A stretch of 64,000 nt of DNA from Octopus bimaculoides (taxonomy: Eukaryota), in NCBI RefSeq assembly GCF_001194135.2, contig NC_068983.1, positions 35,641,969-35,705,968 of the forward strand, read 5' to 3'. This document shows, one piece after another, positions 1 through 15,046 of the stretch (position 1 is the first letter of the stretch; each line of letters starts with the position of its first letter). The translations under genes were made by a program, and so were the position numbers. The notes below the pieces were generated by a model that did not search any database, had not been told where the DNA came from, and saw only the letters and a list, made by a program, of their open reading frames with translations.

Positions 1-40
<40 letters not shown>

Positions 41-48
41 GACACACA
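1..48. repeat. (CA)n microsatellite
   Basis: Direct inspection. Confidence 0.95.
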
Positions 49-1329
49 TTCTCATTTTTATATATATAGAAGATGAATATTGACTTCTCCTTACTTATGC
101 CCATCTGTCACATATGCACTATTATCTTCCTTTTCAAGCATGCATACACTTGTAGTTTACAACAGATTGGGTTCACCATACAAAATTTCTGCCTATTCCT
201 TTTCCACATAGAACATGGCCATTTCTTTCTATGGTTGTAAGTCTAGTTTTTGCCAGGTCTATTTTGAAGATTCTCTCTTCTAAATTTCAATTTGAAATTT
301 TCTCTTTAAAATCTTGGACTATTTCAGCTGAGAAAACGTGACCATTGACATACAGGAGTTTTTCCCCACAGATGTCAGGTTTTAAATACATCTGTCATAG
401 CCTGGAGAATTATACTAAACAGAAGGAGCTGATTCCTGACATACACCAGAGTAAGTTAAGGTGATGCCATTGCATTAGTTTGAATACTTGTTCACTTGCT
501 TGTGCACACACCAATTCAACTGACTTCGATCTCTTGCAACAAACTTTAATCAACCTACATTGTTTGTTCAACCCTTTAAATTCTTTTTATTGATATTTGT
601 GTCAGAAGTAATACAACTACTTTTTGCTGACACAGAACATCTCTCCTTTACTCAGATTTTAGTGTTGAATTTATATATATAAGATGTACTCCAAAAAGTT
701 ATAAAGGAATTACGCTGGATATTAAACTTGAGATTTTACAAAGGTTTTATGCAGGAGAAAATTCAGCCATATTGTAAAAATATCTACAGTAGGAACAACA
801 TGACATCACCATCATCATTTAATGTTTATTTTCCGTGTTGGCAAAGGTCAGATGGTTTGACAGGATTCAGCAAGCTGCAGGGCTGTGTTGCACTCCAATG
901 TCAGTTCTGCATTGGTTTCTATGGCTGGATGCCCTTCCTAACACCAACCACTTTACAGAATGTACTGGGTGCTTTTTTTTTTATGTCACTGGCACTGGTG
1001 AGTACTCAAGTTGTTGCTCTGTTACATGTATAGAAATTGTTTAATCATAGATTTGATATGATGCTTGATACAGGACGTATAAATTTGTGGCTTGATAATC
1101 AAACTGTGCCAATAAAGATGGTGGTCATTCAACAGAAAGCTGAAATTTCATGTGATGATTTTCAGAGATTAGATGCAATTTATGATGCAAAACATTTTAA
1201 GAGTTGCCCTATTTCGCATGACATTAACATGACTGGTGAAGCTACTAATGCTGATGCTAAGGATTCAATTAATTAGTCTGAGGAGATGAAGATATTTATT
1301 GCTCAAGAAGACCATATAATTAACAGTGA

Positions 1330-2165
1330 GGATGTGTGTTCTGAAAGTATATAGCTAGAGTTAAGGGTTGGGAAGTGAGAAAGGTGTTCATGCTTAATAT
1401 GCAGTAAAGTAATGGGGTTGGAATTCTATATAGTGTACACACTATAAGCTATGACATGTAAGAGGTATAGGGAGATCACAGGTAGGGTGACAGGGAAAGC
1501 AGGTTACATCTAGGGCTAGTAGCAGTAACAATACGTATCAGAGAAATATCTTCAAATATTGGGAGAATCCTCTAAAATTGGTTGCTAGCCTTTGTTACTA
1601 GGTGACTAATTAACAATGGATGTAGAAATGTTAAAAAAAAATAGCAGGAAAAGTAAGAATGGAGTAGAAAATGGTAAGGGAGCTAGTTTTGATGGCAATA
1701 AAGGATTTCTCTCTTGAGATTGAAATGCAGATTATATGATGCTTGTGTGCCGGGTGCATTGCTGTATGGTAATGAAACCGGGGCCTTGAATATGGAAGAT
1801 TTACAAGGGCTGAAAAGAAATAAAGCAAGCATATTTAAATGTATGATAGGGCACAAATGAGTTGAGAGAAAAAACTGGATATAAGAAGAATCAGACGTTG
1901 TGTGCAAGAGGGACAATAAAGTTGCTACAGGTATAGAATGCATATAGGGGATGTTAGTTGTATAAAGAAGTGCTGAGTACTACAAGAAGATAGAACATGT
2001 GGAAGCAGATCAAGGAGGAGATGGGACAAATTGGTGAAGACTCCTTTCAAGAAGCTGAACTTTATCAAGAAAATTGCAACTTATAAATAAGTATGACTAA
2101 GTGAAACACCATTTTCAAGTGGACCCACTCAGCCTACCCCAGCATGGAAAACCAGATGAAAAAAT
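1330..2165 (+). mobile_element. Degraded RTE-clade LINE, 3' part of ORF and 3' end
   Basis: Broken frames give YDACVPGALLYGNETGALNMEDLQGLKRNKAS, similar to the RTE C-terminal 'vrSvLLYGsETW...rLErnE' region. It ends in ...cccagcatggaaaa. Confidence 0.65.
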
Positions 2166-3869
2166 GTAGACATTTTACATACAAACATACATACATATAC
2201 TGATCTTTGCTTTTCTTATCTACCACCCATTCCCTATCCTATCACATTAACTGTGTAACAAGAAATGGTATAGCATTGGATCTGCCTTCACTCAATCATC
2301 CTCTTATCATGAATCTTCTCTATCGCTAACCATAACTTTTTCTCATCAGACTCACTCCCTTAGCAGTCAATCTTTATTACTAACCATCACTCTCTCTTGG
2401 AGTACCTCCTTATCTACCACTCATTACTCTCACTTCCAGTACACACTCTTCTATACTCATGTTTCTCTCCTATTACTCTCACTTCCACACTTGCTGTTTT
2501 CTATCCAATGTTCTTATCAACAACCACCTTGTAGATGGCTGCAGCCCTTTGTTCTTAACATTCTGGCTCTCTTCCATTACTCTACTATATGCCTGCCCTG
2601 GTTTCTTTTCACTACTATCTTCTTCAGATGTCTGACTGTGGCTCTGCCATAAAGTATATCATATCTTTGGGCTTGGAATTTGGTAACTGAAAAATTTTTG
2701 TCATTTGTTTTGATGTAGGTTTATCCAGGTCTTTATTCTGTAGCCAATAGAATGTTTAAGCTCTAATTGGAAATATTAGCAACTATCCTATAGAGATCAC
2801 GTTTTCTTTTAGGTATGGGATTAAAAAAATATTGTTCTTATTTGCAAATCATCATCATCAACTGTGAAGGTGCATAGCTTATTGGTTAGGGAATTTGGAT
2901 CACGATCATAAAGTTGAGAGTTCAATTCCCAATGATGCTTTGTGTCCTTGAGCAAGACATTTTATTTTATGTTGCTCCAGTCCACTCAGCTGGCAAAAAT
3001 GAGCTGCACCTGTATTTCAAAGAGCCAGCCTTGTCACACTTGTATCATGTTGAATCTTCCTGAGAACTGCATTAAGGGTGGAGTGCTCAGCCACATGCCC
3101 GTTAATTTCATGAGCAGGTTGTGCTGTTGATCGGATCAACTGGAACCCTCATCATCATTTAGCATACGTTTCAAACTGGCACAGAGAGAGCAAAACATTT
3201 GGCAGTATACAATAGTGACTATTTTGAGGTTTTGCAGAGATTTCAAAACCAAAGTTTAGTCCAATCTTTCCAAATGTGATGACTGTATATATATATGTCC
3301 CTTCTTCATACTAGAGAAGAGGAATTCCTACCTAGGACACTTATTTCTGCCCCTCTGTTACACATTAACCTTTCATCATTTGATACTGGATCACCTCTTC
3401 TAATGCTCCCTCTCTTGTAGCAAGACATTTACTTCTATCTCTGTCTCTTTCATCTTCTGACACAAGTTCCCCTCCTCAAATGCCCTGCCCCTCTCATAAT
3501 TCCTTGTCTTGTGAGTTACTTGGTTACCCAGCCAGTGCTGGTGCCACATTAAAAGCATCCAGTCCACATTTTAACGTGGTTGACGTTTGGAAAGGCATCC
3601 AGCTGTAAAAATCATGCCAAAACTAACTTCACCTGTGCTAGTGCCACGTAAAAAGCACTGAGTCCACTCTGTGGAATGGTTGGTGTTAGGAAGGGCATCC
3701 GGCTGTAAAATTCCTACCAAAACAAATACAGTAGTCTAGAGTAGTTTTTCTAACTGGCTAGCTCCTGTTATCCATCCTACCCATACATGGCAGTTGGACA
3801 TTAAATGATGATGATCCTTTCTGCATATCAAGCATCACCATTTTTCGTGACAGCATTAGGGTTCAGTCT

Positions 3870-4375
3870 TCTTTCCTGCTTGCTTCAATGTTGGAATTTC
3901 TCTAAATCTTTAAACACATTCAGATATGAGAAATATGACATCAACATACAGGAAATCATAGCTGGTCTTAAACTCAAACTCTTATAGTCTAGAGATCTAT
4001 AATAAACAGGAGAACAAGAACTGAATCTTTGATGAACACCAAACAGCATACTGAATTATTTGCTGAACTTGTTAATCTTAACCTTGACAAATTTTGGAAG
4101 AAAAAAATACGCACATCCAAAATTTGAGTAACGAAGTCCAATCAGCTTCATCAAGTATTGAAAAGAGATGCAATTATAAATTTTGGCAAAGAGAGCAACA
4201 GCTCTTCAATATCCACTGAAAAACATAAGGGATATTAACACATTCAAATAAAATTTGGACAGTCTACTTTCTCAGGTACTGGATGACCATACATTAGAGC
4301 AAGAGACATATGAGGGCAATGGCATCAACTTCCCTCATTCACCATATATAACAATCCACATTGAGAACAGATATT
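3870..4375 (+). mobile_element. Degraded CR1-like LINE 3' end
   Basis: Frames reading LKLKLL*S(L)E..., QLFNI..KNIRD, LDSLLSQVLDD and ASNSLIH resemble the C-terminus of CR1-group ORF2. Many stops and frameshifts. Confidence 0.5.
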
Positions 4376-5580
4376 GGTTGAAACCTGTAAAGGAGTGTGT
4401 AAAATTATGTAGCATCTTTATTGTTATCCATTAATCTCTTTCTCTCTCTCGCTTTTACTAATACTACTTCAACTACCATCTCCCTCCTATTACTTTTTCT
4501 TCCACCATTAAGCTGTTCATAATTTTCTTCCATTCAATGTCCTTACAAAAAACCAAACTATAGCAGCCTCTTGTCTCTCTTTCACTACTTCTTCTATTAC
4601 TCCCTTATTTCCTCCACTATAGTTCTCAGCTACCAACCACTTATTCTGTTTCTTCCTAATTTATCACTCTTCTATTTATCCTCACAGTCATGTGTTGCCT
4701 TAAATGAATGGAGACAGCACAGACAGGGCAACCTCTTTTAATCTGGTGCCAATGAAAAATGCACCTAATACACATTGTTTAGTGGTTGGCAAATGAACAG
4801 AAGGGAACACTTTATTGACAAGATTCTTTGTGTTAACAAGATGATAATCTCATGTCACAATAAAATGCACCCAGTACACTCTGTAAAATGGTTATCATTA
4901 TGAAGGGAATGCAACTGTTGAAAGCATGCCAAAAACAGAATGTACAAGAGACAGGTGGTCTCAGACCTGTCTAGAGGGACAGTAACACTATGGTCTCAGT
5001 CATTTGACCATAGCCATGCAAGAGCACCAGCTTCAAAGGTTCAGTCTATCAATTTTGACTTCAATATCAACTTTTGCAATCTCTAAACCACTCTAACAGA
5101 CACAGTATATTCTCATACACATATACAAAACACTTCCACTGATTTTCTGCCCACTACATTCCAATAAAGCATTGGTTAACTCAAGGCTAGTGTAAAATAG
5201 GTGCTGTGTAGTAGTATAATCAAACTTGATGGAATGTCATTATGAAGTGAACTTTGTAATCACAGACCCATGCCAGCATTTGTCATTTGGAAGGGCATCA
5301 AGTTGCAGAAACCATACTAAAGTAGACATTGGGACTTGATGCAATTCTCTGACTTGTTAGATTTCATCAAACCATCTGGTCCTTGCCACTATGGAAAATA
5401 GATGTTAAATGATGATTCGATTCAATTTGTCTGTCTGTCTGTCTAATAGTTTGGACTAATTGTTATATGTCGATTAGTGTGTTGAAATGTTGAGTAGAGC
5501 ACTGGCACAGTTTGGGCTACCTGGTGCCATCTGCAGTCGGGGTATATTTCCATTGGATCTACTTTAGGAACTCTGCAGTG

Positions 5581-5794
5581 CTAGCTGAGATAATAATAAT
5601 AGTAATTTCTTAAGTGATCAGAAGATGGATTTGGCATTAATCTTTATTTTGTACAATGATCATTTTGATCCATCCTGCTACTGTTCCTTGGTAGCAGGAT
5701 GGGTCGAAATGACCATTGTACAAAATAAAGATTAATACCAAATCCGTTTTCTGGTTACTTGAGAAATTATTATTATTATTATATAGTCAGCTAG
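5581..5794. repeat. Foldback palindrome (about 100-bp arms, 9-nt loop), probable MITE
   Basis: ctagctga...catcctgctac / tgttccttg / gtagcaggatg...tcagctag. The arms differ by about 10 transitions and one small indel. Confidence 0.85.
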
Positions 5795-8700
5795 AATTCA
5801 TAATGGCACCCAAGGTTTCACTCCGACATAAATATTATGCTAATGTAAAATTTATGCTCATATAAATATTTATGTTGCATATTTTAACTAAAAGCCAATA
5901 TGGTACACATTGACAGGACAGCACAAGTGTCATGTAAATGAGGTTTTTGAATCTTGTTTTGACATGATTTACTGTTAGTGAAAGGAGATCCCTCTAAAAT
6001 ACCCAAATACCAGAAGGAGAAGAGTAAATACTCATTCTTCAATTTGACTGTCTTTATGTCTGAGCAGCTGTGTCTCTTGATGCACATGTGAAGTAAGAGA
6101 AAACCAATAATATTTACATAAATGCATCATGCACATACACAAATAAGTATGCATGTGCTGTTCCAAATATGCATACATAAATGGATATATGCAAATACAC
6201 CTTTACATGCCCAATTATACACACATATACCCACAAATCATGAACTTCAAATAGCATGCCATACCATGTGGTGTATGCATATACAATTTGACAAACATTT
6301 TTGAATCCTAAGAACTGAATCACAATGAGACAGCCACTATAGGGTTGAGAGGTGCCACTATGTAATTGATACATGACTCTCAAGAAAGATATGCTACATA
6401 TGGCTGAAGAATATAAAGATAGCAAATCACGAATATATTCAAATATTGATTGACTTCTGTATTGATTGTTAATCAATTAACAGGTGTGGCTGTGTGATAA
6501 GAAGTTTGCTTCCCAACAACATGGTTTTTGAGCTCAATTCCACTCTATGGCATCTTGAGCAAATGTTTTCAACTGTAGCCCTGGATTAGCCAAAGCCTCA
6601 TCACTGGATTTGGCAGATGGAAACTGAAAGAAGCCTGTCATATATATGTGAATGTGTGTGTGTCTGTTACTATCCTTTTACCTTGACATTGCATGATAGC
6701 TGTAAATGAGTGTCACTCTCATCCAAGTGGTGTCTTTCATGAAAACATGTACAGCTATGGGAGTGGGGGGTAGAAAATATTACTTCACTTGGAAACGGGT
6801 ATGGGTTGGCGACATGAAGAGCATCCAGCCATAGAAAATCTATCACAACAAATTCCATCTCACCCTTGTGGGTATGGAAAAGTGGATATTCAAACAATAA
6901 CGATGATCATCATCATGATAATGATTTCAATGTAGCTGATCTTCTTTCAAGCAATGACTGAGACCTTTGGCATAATGTCATGCTTGAGAAGAAGACCCAT
7001 TGAGCCGAGCAAAATCACAGTCAAAGCAGATACCAGTGTCACGTAAATGGCACCCATGTTGGTGGCATGTAAAAGCACCCATTACACTCTCGGAGTGGTT
7101 GGCATTAAGAAAGGCATCCAGCTGTAGAAAACAATGTCAAATCAGACTGGATCCTGGTGTAGCCTTCCAGCTTGCCAGCCCTGGTCAAACCATCCAACCC
7201 ATACCAGCATGGATAACAGACGTTAAATGATGATGATGACAATAATGATGACAAACTGTGACTGTGAATGTATGGGAACACATGAATATGCATTTGTGTG
7301 CTTCTTCATTCATTACTTCATGTGGATAAAAGTGTATATAAAGTACATATGTGTAGGTGTGCATATACATGCAGGTGGAAACATGCACACATGTGTGTGC
7401 ATACATAACAATATATATAAATATCTGCATGTGTGTGTGATACATTTACATTTAAATATCTAGTTTTACACACTTCACATAGTCTTCGTAAGTACATTCA
7501 TACAAACTTGTCTATTCAGACATAAAGACAAAATCAAATCAAGGAAGTATTTAACACCCACCACCTCCATCTACCCTTCTGGTATTTAGGGATTTGAAAC
7601 TGGCCTCCTTCACCAACATTAAATCAGGACTAACATGAGATTAAAAAACCTTGACTATATGAAACTTGTCTGTCCTATCAACATCACTTTGTCGACCATT
7701 TTGGCTTTTAGCCAGAATCCACAAGTTGAATAGGTCAATACTTGCTATTCATTGCATCAACCCATATCTCTATATTCCCTGCCTCTACCCATCTACCCCT
7801 TATCTCACACTCTTGTGAACTTACCTGATCCTCTGCTTCTATCCCTGCAACTGTTCTGTCCCCATCCCCATCACATTCACCCTCATATTCCATGAGGATC
7901 CATCATGACACTTCATCCCTATCATCTTCACTCCCTTTTCAGCTGGAGTGGGGGTTAGCCATGTCTCTCCCCTCTACACCTCTTCCAATCGTTCTATCAT
8001 CCTCTTGCCTCTCAGGACCTAGCATATGCCCCCTTCCTCAATGCTACATCCTGCTTCAGTCAAGGGGTCTTCTTTTGTGAACTACTTGCAACCTTACCAA
8101 TGCTGGTGACACAAAAAGCCACTAGTACACTGTCTAAAGTGGATGGAATTAAGAAGAGCATCCCGCAGCAGAAACCCTGCCAAAACATGTCAGATCCTGT
8201 CAAACTTTGACCCATACCAGCATAGAATACTGACCTTAAATGGTGATGATTACACACACATACACACTACATCATCATGGTATGCTTATACATATAACAT
8301 CAATGTATACCTTATATGAATACTATACATCATGGTCTCGAAGATGTCATAAATATACCTCTTTAAAATTCATGATGTAGAATATTTCATGGAACATTTA
8401 CTTAAAAAAAAAAAAAAACTTCGAAATGAATGTTTTTTTTTTTTTTTTTTTTTTTTTGGTGGGAAAGGGGATGGGAAGCTGTGATATTCATACTTTCCCA
8501 ATGGACCTTAACAGCATATGTTGAAAATTTCTATCTAATAATTGAAACCAAGTCAGAATATGTTTTACTTTGAGTTTTGTTCTATCAATTTAAAGAATAA
8601 TTATTATCATTATTACTAATATTGTTATTGTTATAAATACATTCTATGAACCCTGAAGATGAAAGTTTGTGGCATATATTAAAATGAAAACAAATTTGAT

Positions 8701-9929
8701 TTGGTAACCTTTCTTTTTAACATAGTTTACATACTAACACTTAAGGAAAAAAAAAGCCAAAATAAAACTGATACTATACTAATATCTTTGTACAGTTTGT
8801 GACACACCAATTACCTACAACACATACTGGAACAATAGTGAAAAAAAAAAAACAATTCTACCATCACAATATTTAAAAATATATATTATACTAGAACAAT
8901 ACCTGAATATACATGTATTATACTATATGTTCTTGAAACAATATATATATATTTATATAAATATATATATATACTGTATCATATGGCATTTAAAAACATT
9001 TCTATTACTGCTCTTGTTGAAAATATATCATGCAAACAACATTAGTTGATCACCAGGCTATGCACATCAACCATGCATGCAATGCAGTTAGGGGACAGGG
9101 ACAAGCAGAAATTTTATATATATGTATACACACACTTACAAAGCGGGATAAAATAAGGTTATTATTAAACACTGTGTTTGTAACGTCAAATAGCAAAGAA
9201 AAAAAAAAAAATTGAAACACATGTTTAAGGCATGAAACAAACCATATACAATGAAGATTTGATGAAATTGCTGAAATCGCAACTGTTCTGTGTGTATATG
9301 TGGTTGTTTGCATGTGTGTATATGCGCACGCGTGCATGTATGCAATTAGATACACCTGGGAAAGTAAAAACTGTAATAAAATTTGTTGGTATACAATTAT
9401 TATTCAATGTATGTCTGTGTGCATATGTGCACGTGCGTTTTTGCATGCATGCGTGCATTTGTGTATACTGTTTGAAAACATGATTATAACACTTTTTTTT
9501 AATAGACTATCATTATGCTTATACAAGTTCTAGAGAGCAGGTCTCGTTCTTTATTACACTGTTAAAAATATGAAATAATGTCCAATGTTTTGTCTTTTAT
9601 TTGTCTCAATCATGCAGTTATTTTGCATGTAACTTTACACATTTTCAAGACTAAGTACAAGAAAGCTCAAATGCTGTTGCGGAACCTGGTTTGAAACATC
9701 AGGATTTTTGTCTCCTCACAACATTTGAATTTATCTAAATTTGCACATGTTACTAAATAAATGTTGCCATCATCAACCACTGCTAGTTTGCTTGGTCTTT
9801 GGTTTTTATCGGTAATTAAAAACCCAGTTTATAACTGACATCAGCAATTACCAACCTAAGCATGTTGAGTTTTCGCTTTTGTATTTGGTTTGGAAGATTT
9901 CTTTCATGTGAACTTGTGTGCTGAAACAT

Positions 9930-10285
9930 TCTTTGTTATATCTCGGGAGGGTCATTATGCTAATAAACACACACACACTGGTTATATTTTACTTCATCAC
10001 TTTTATTAGTTAATTGGTTAATCAAATTAACCAATTAACTAATTGATTTTTTACTAGGGGACAGACAGACCAAAAGCAGATTTGAAGTAGAGAGGGTATA
10101 GGCGACGAAAGGACTTTGACAAACCTAATCAATCAATTGATTAATTGAATGATCAATCAATCAATTAATTAATTGGTTAAATAACTAACAAACTAACAAA
10201 TTAAAAATAAAATAGTAACATAGGACCAGTGTGTGTGTGTGCTTATTGTTAGCACAATGACCTTCCTGAGAGAACAAAATTATTC
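9930..10285. mobile_element. MITE-like element with about 60-bp imperfect terminal inverted repeats
   Basis: tctcgggagggtcattatgctaataaacacacacacactggtt vs accagtgtgtgtgtgtgcttattgttagcacaatgaccttcctgaga, with internal (AATT/TCAA)-type repeats. Confidence 0.6.
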
Positions 10286-12459
10286 TTGTTTTCAATGTAT
10301 ATCGACCATGTGGCCATGTCTAGTTTTATGTGACTCATAGCTATTTAGTGGAGTATATACATAACACACAACATCAAATTTAAGAAGTCTACAAAATGTG
10401 TGAAAGCACACAAGCAATTTAATTTAGAAAAAGCATTGGACATTTTTAATATATTTGGAAGAGTGCAATACAAAGGGAGATCAATAAGTCTGGAAAATTT
10501 CAATGTGAGCCATTAAAAACGTGTAATAGTCAAGGTTTCAATAGTATAAGCATTAGAGAGCTGCTCCCCATGTATGTATGTACGTATATATGCATATATA
10601 TATANNNNNNNNNNNNNNNNNNNNNNNNNNNNNNNNNNNNNNNNNNNNNNNNNNNNNNNNNNNNNNNNNNNNNNNNNNNNNNNNNNNNNNNNNNNNNNNN
10701 NNNNNNNNNNNNNNNNNNNNNNNNNNNNNNNNNNNNNNNNNNNNNNNNNNNNNNNNNNNNNNNNNNTGAGAATCTAGTCTTATGCATTGTTTGGAATTTA
10801 AGGGGTCAGCATGGAAATATTTCATTAACTTATTGCCCCTACCCAATCACTACCACCATCAACAACAACCATTTTGGTAATACTTTTGTTTTGACATGGA
10901 TCTTGTTTTCTAATCCAGTGATAGTCATTAATAAGGAAAACTCATTATCATTTACATATGATTAAACACCTCTATAAAAAAAAAAATTTAAAAAAATCTT
11001 GTCCCTATTGAAAGTTATATTTCAATTTTAGGTTTGTGAATAGAGAGGCAGTAAGAAGAATTTCTCTCAGAAATTCTTCGATCACTTAAGAATGGTTATG
11101 CTTGTTTGTATTGGAAAAAATCAATTGGTTTTTGTGTGTGGTTTTACTGTCATTTGTTTGTTTTCATGTGAGTTATGCAAAAAAGAATGCAACTAACAAA
11201 CATATTTCTTGAAATCTGTTAAATAAAGTTGAAGAGTTGACACGGAGAGAATCATACGTACTAGGACATGTAGATGATGTGATATGGTGCTTTCCAAGTA
11301 CAGACGTTCAATAAGGTAGTGGATTATGTGAAACAGTTTCAATCAATCATCAATCAATGTGTGTGTGTGTGCGTGTGTGTACACACAAGTTTATTGCTTT
11401 TATATTTCTATATTGGTTGTAAGAGTTCTAGCACAAACTCTGCTTTATCAAATTTAATATATGGAAGTCTAACAAAGGAACAAAGACTTAAATTTTAGGG
11501 ATGGGTAGAGTCAATTAGTTCAACCCTCATACTCAACTGTGGAAAGAACAAGAAGTGGAATGTGGCAGGAATTGAATTCAGAATATCAAGGTATGCAACT
11601 AAACACCACAAGGTATTTTGTTTTTTACTCTTCTAAATTTGTCAATCCACTGTGTTTATCACAATTAATATCCTGGCTCTTCAACAGTCATGAAATTAAT
11701 GAGCAAGTGGCTGAGTACTCCACAGATATGTGTACCCTTCACGTAGTTCTCAGGGAGATTCAGCATGACCCTTTGAATTATAGATACACCTTATTTTTGC
11801 CATTTGAGCAACAAAAAAAGTGTCTTGCTCAAGAACACAATGTGCTACCAGGAATCAAACTGAAGACCACTCTAACCACTAAGCCATGCACTTTGTAGAA
11901 AATGGCATCATGGTTAATTAAGTCTGAGAGACAAAACTTTCCAACAATACTTTTAGCAATTAAATATTTTAACTTGAAATATAATTCTTAAAATATGACT
12001 GAGAAAAAGGAATATTTGAATAAAATATTCAGTTTGATGTTTTCTCCACATTAATGGAAGAAAATGTTGAGGTAAAAATACTTGCAAAAAGTGGAAAATA
12101 AGAAAAATTTGTAGATATAAACAATATTCTCTCCAGACCAACAAAGATGTCTGAAGGAAGAGCACAGCCAATACAGCTACACACTAGTGCTATTGTAGGC
12201 ATTGTCAGTGGACTGCAAAGACCTGGAAGAGCCAGCACAAATCCCCCTGGCAGACACTAATATTTCCTGTAATCCACCAGCTTAGATTGGATCCTTTTGT
12301 TTTTATGAACCCTAAAAGGCAAAGTAAACATCAGTAGGAGTTGAACTAAGAATTTACAGAGTTAGAACAAATACAGTGAAGCATTTTATCCAATGCTCCA
12401 CTTTGCTGCCTTATACACACACATATATATTCACATGGAAACTATTAAATATTAGATAT

Positions 12460-12520
12460 GTACACATATATTAGTATATACACACATATATATACATATA
12501 CACACACATGCACATGCACA

Positions 12521-12612
<92 letters not shown>

Positions 12613-12660
12613 AACATATCTGCCGCATACATATATGCAAACACATACACAAACAGCATG
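12460..12660. repeat. (TA)n/(CA)n compound microsatellite (similar at 13860-14175, 20600-20700, 21080-21320, 21863-21985, 25730-25815, 45310-45460, 49445-49505)
   Basis: Direct inspection. These are the source of the YIYI/HTHT ORFs. Confidence 0.95.
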
Positions 12661-13912
12661 GCACTAGTGCTAGTGCCACAATAGAAAGTGCCCAGTAGCT
12701 GTCATAAGGTGGTGGGCATTAGGAAGGGCTTTCAAGTATAGAAACAATATCAAAGCAAATATTGCAGCACAGTACAAACCTCAGACCCATTGGATCTTGT
12801 AAAATCAACCAACCTTTTCCGTTACTAAACACGGGTGTTAAATTATGATGATAATGATGACAAACACATACACATATTTACATATACTATATACATATAT
12901 GCATATAATTATATATATGTATATGTTTATAACCATATGCATTTATATATATGAATGTATATGTGTCTTCCAAGCTGGTATGTGTTGGAGGATTGTAGCA
13001 AGCTCCAATGTCTGCTTTGGAATAGTTTCTATGGCTGGATCCCGCTCATAATTACAACCACTTCACAGAATGTACTGGATGCTTTTTTTTTCCATAACAC
13101 TGTCACTAGTGAAGTCAGCAAATAACTTGCAAGACATAAAATTCAACTCAATTGTATGTAAACATACATACATATATGTACATACATGCGTGTGTATGCA
13201 TTCATTCATGTACACATAATCATCATTGACAGTTGATATCCATTTTCCATGATGGCATGAGTACACACACACAAGCATAGGCAGCCAATTGGCAGAGTCA
13301 TTAGAACATCAGACACATTGCTTTGTGGTAATTGCTTTGGCTATATACATTCCAAGTTCAAATCCTGCCATGGTCAAGTTTTCCTTTTTTTCAGATCCAA
13401 TATGATAAAATTTCACTTCTGTAAATAGGCTGGTTCTTCTCTTTCTCTAAATTTTCTTCCTGCTTGTCTGTCTGTCTGTCTGTCTGTCTCCTCCTCTTCT
13501 TCTTCTTCTTCTTTCTCCTCCTCCTCCTCTTCTTCTTCTTCCCCTCCTCCTCCTCCTGGAAGAAAGTGACTGTAGCTAGACCTGGTGAAGGATGGGTTTT
13601 ACAAGGTCTAAAATGCTTGCCATGCCATATGTCACAATGATAACCCTCTGACTCCATCAAGAGGGTAAGGGCTTGTAGAATGGCATTTTATATATATCAT
13701 CATCATTTAATGCCTGTTTTCCATGCAGGCATGGGTTGGATGAATTGACAGGAACTGAAAAATGGCCAGGGGCTGCCCAGGTTTTGGGATCTCTTTTGGT
13801 CTGGTTTCTACAGTTGGATGCCCTTCCTAACACCAACTACTCTACAGAGTGTACTGCTTTACATATATACATATAAACACACATACACACACATATATAT
13901 ATGAGTGTATAT

Positions 13913-13945
<33 letters not shown>

Positions 13946-14175
13946 CACACATACATACATCATACATATATACATACATACACACATATATATATACATA
14001 CACATACATATACACATATATACATGCAAACATATATATATATACATATGTACATATACATACATATATACATATATATACATAATATATATACATACAT
14101 ATACATATATACATACACATACATACATACACATACACATACATATATATATATACACATACATATATATATACA

Positions 14176-15006
14176 NNNNNNNNNNNNNNNNNNNNNNNNN
14201 NNNNNNNNNNNNNNNNNNNNNNNNNNNNNNNNNNNNNNNNNNNNNNNNNNNNNNNNNNNNNNNNNNNNNNNNNNNNNNNNNNNNNNNNNNNNNNNNNNNN
14301 NNNNNNNNNNNNNNNNNNNNNNNNNNNNNNNNNNNNNNNNNNNNNNNNNNNNNNNNNNNNNNNNNNNNNNNNNNNNNNNNNNNNNNNNNNNNNNNNNNNN
14401 NNNNNNNNNNNNNNNNNNNNNNNNNNNNNNNNNNNNNNNNNNNNNNNNNNNNNNNNNNNNNNNNNNNNNNNNNNNNNNNNNNNNNNNNNNNNNNNNNNNN
14501 NNNNNNNNNNNNNNNNNNNNNNNNNNNNNNNNNNNNNNNNNNNNNNNNNNNNNNNNNNNNNNNNNNNNNNNNNNNNNNNNNNNNNNNNNNNNNNNNNNNN
14601 NNNNNNNNNNNNNNNNNNNNNNNNNNNNNNNNNNNNNNNNNNNNNNNNNNNNNNNNNNNNNNNNNNNNNNNNNNNNNNNNNNNNNNNNNNNNNNNNNNNN
14701 NNNNNNNNNNNNNNNNNNNNNNNNNNNNNNNNNNNNNNNNNNNNNNNNNNNNNNNNNNNNNNNNNNNNNNNNNNNNNNNNNNNNNNNNNNNNNNNNNNNN
14801 NNNNNNNNNNNNNNNNNNNNNNNNNNNNNNNNNNNNNNNNNNNNNNNNNNNNNNNNNNNNNNNNNNNNNNNNNNNNNNNNNNNNNNNNNNNNNNNNNNNN
14901 NNNNNNNNNNNNNNNNNNNNNNNNNNNNNNNNNNNNNNNNNNNNNNNNNNNNNNNNNNNNNNNNNNNNNNNNNNNNNNNNNNNNNNNNNNNNNNNNNNNN
15001 NNNNNN
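14176..15006. other. Assembly gap (others at about 10605-10766, 20137-20600, 21320-21862, 35822-36535, 47896-48266)
   Basis: Runs of N, mostly flanked by microsatellites. Confidence 1.
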
Positions 15007-15045
<39 letters not shown>

Positions 15046-15046
15046 A

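Noticed and set aside
9670-9835. Minus-strand 54-codon open frame (TGFLITDKNQRPSKLAVVDDGNIY...) as a terminal exon for SH2-B
   Set aside because: No phase-0 AG acceptor within the frame and no homology recognised.
13391-13660. Basic KKKRRRR-rich ORF resembling a nuclear localisation or protamine-like peptide
   Set aside because: Translation of (TCC/TTC)n and (TCTG)n simple repeats.
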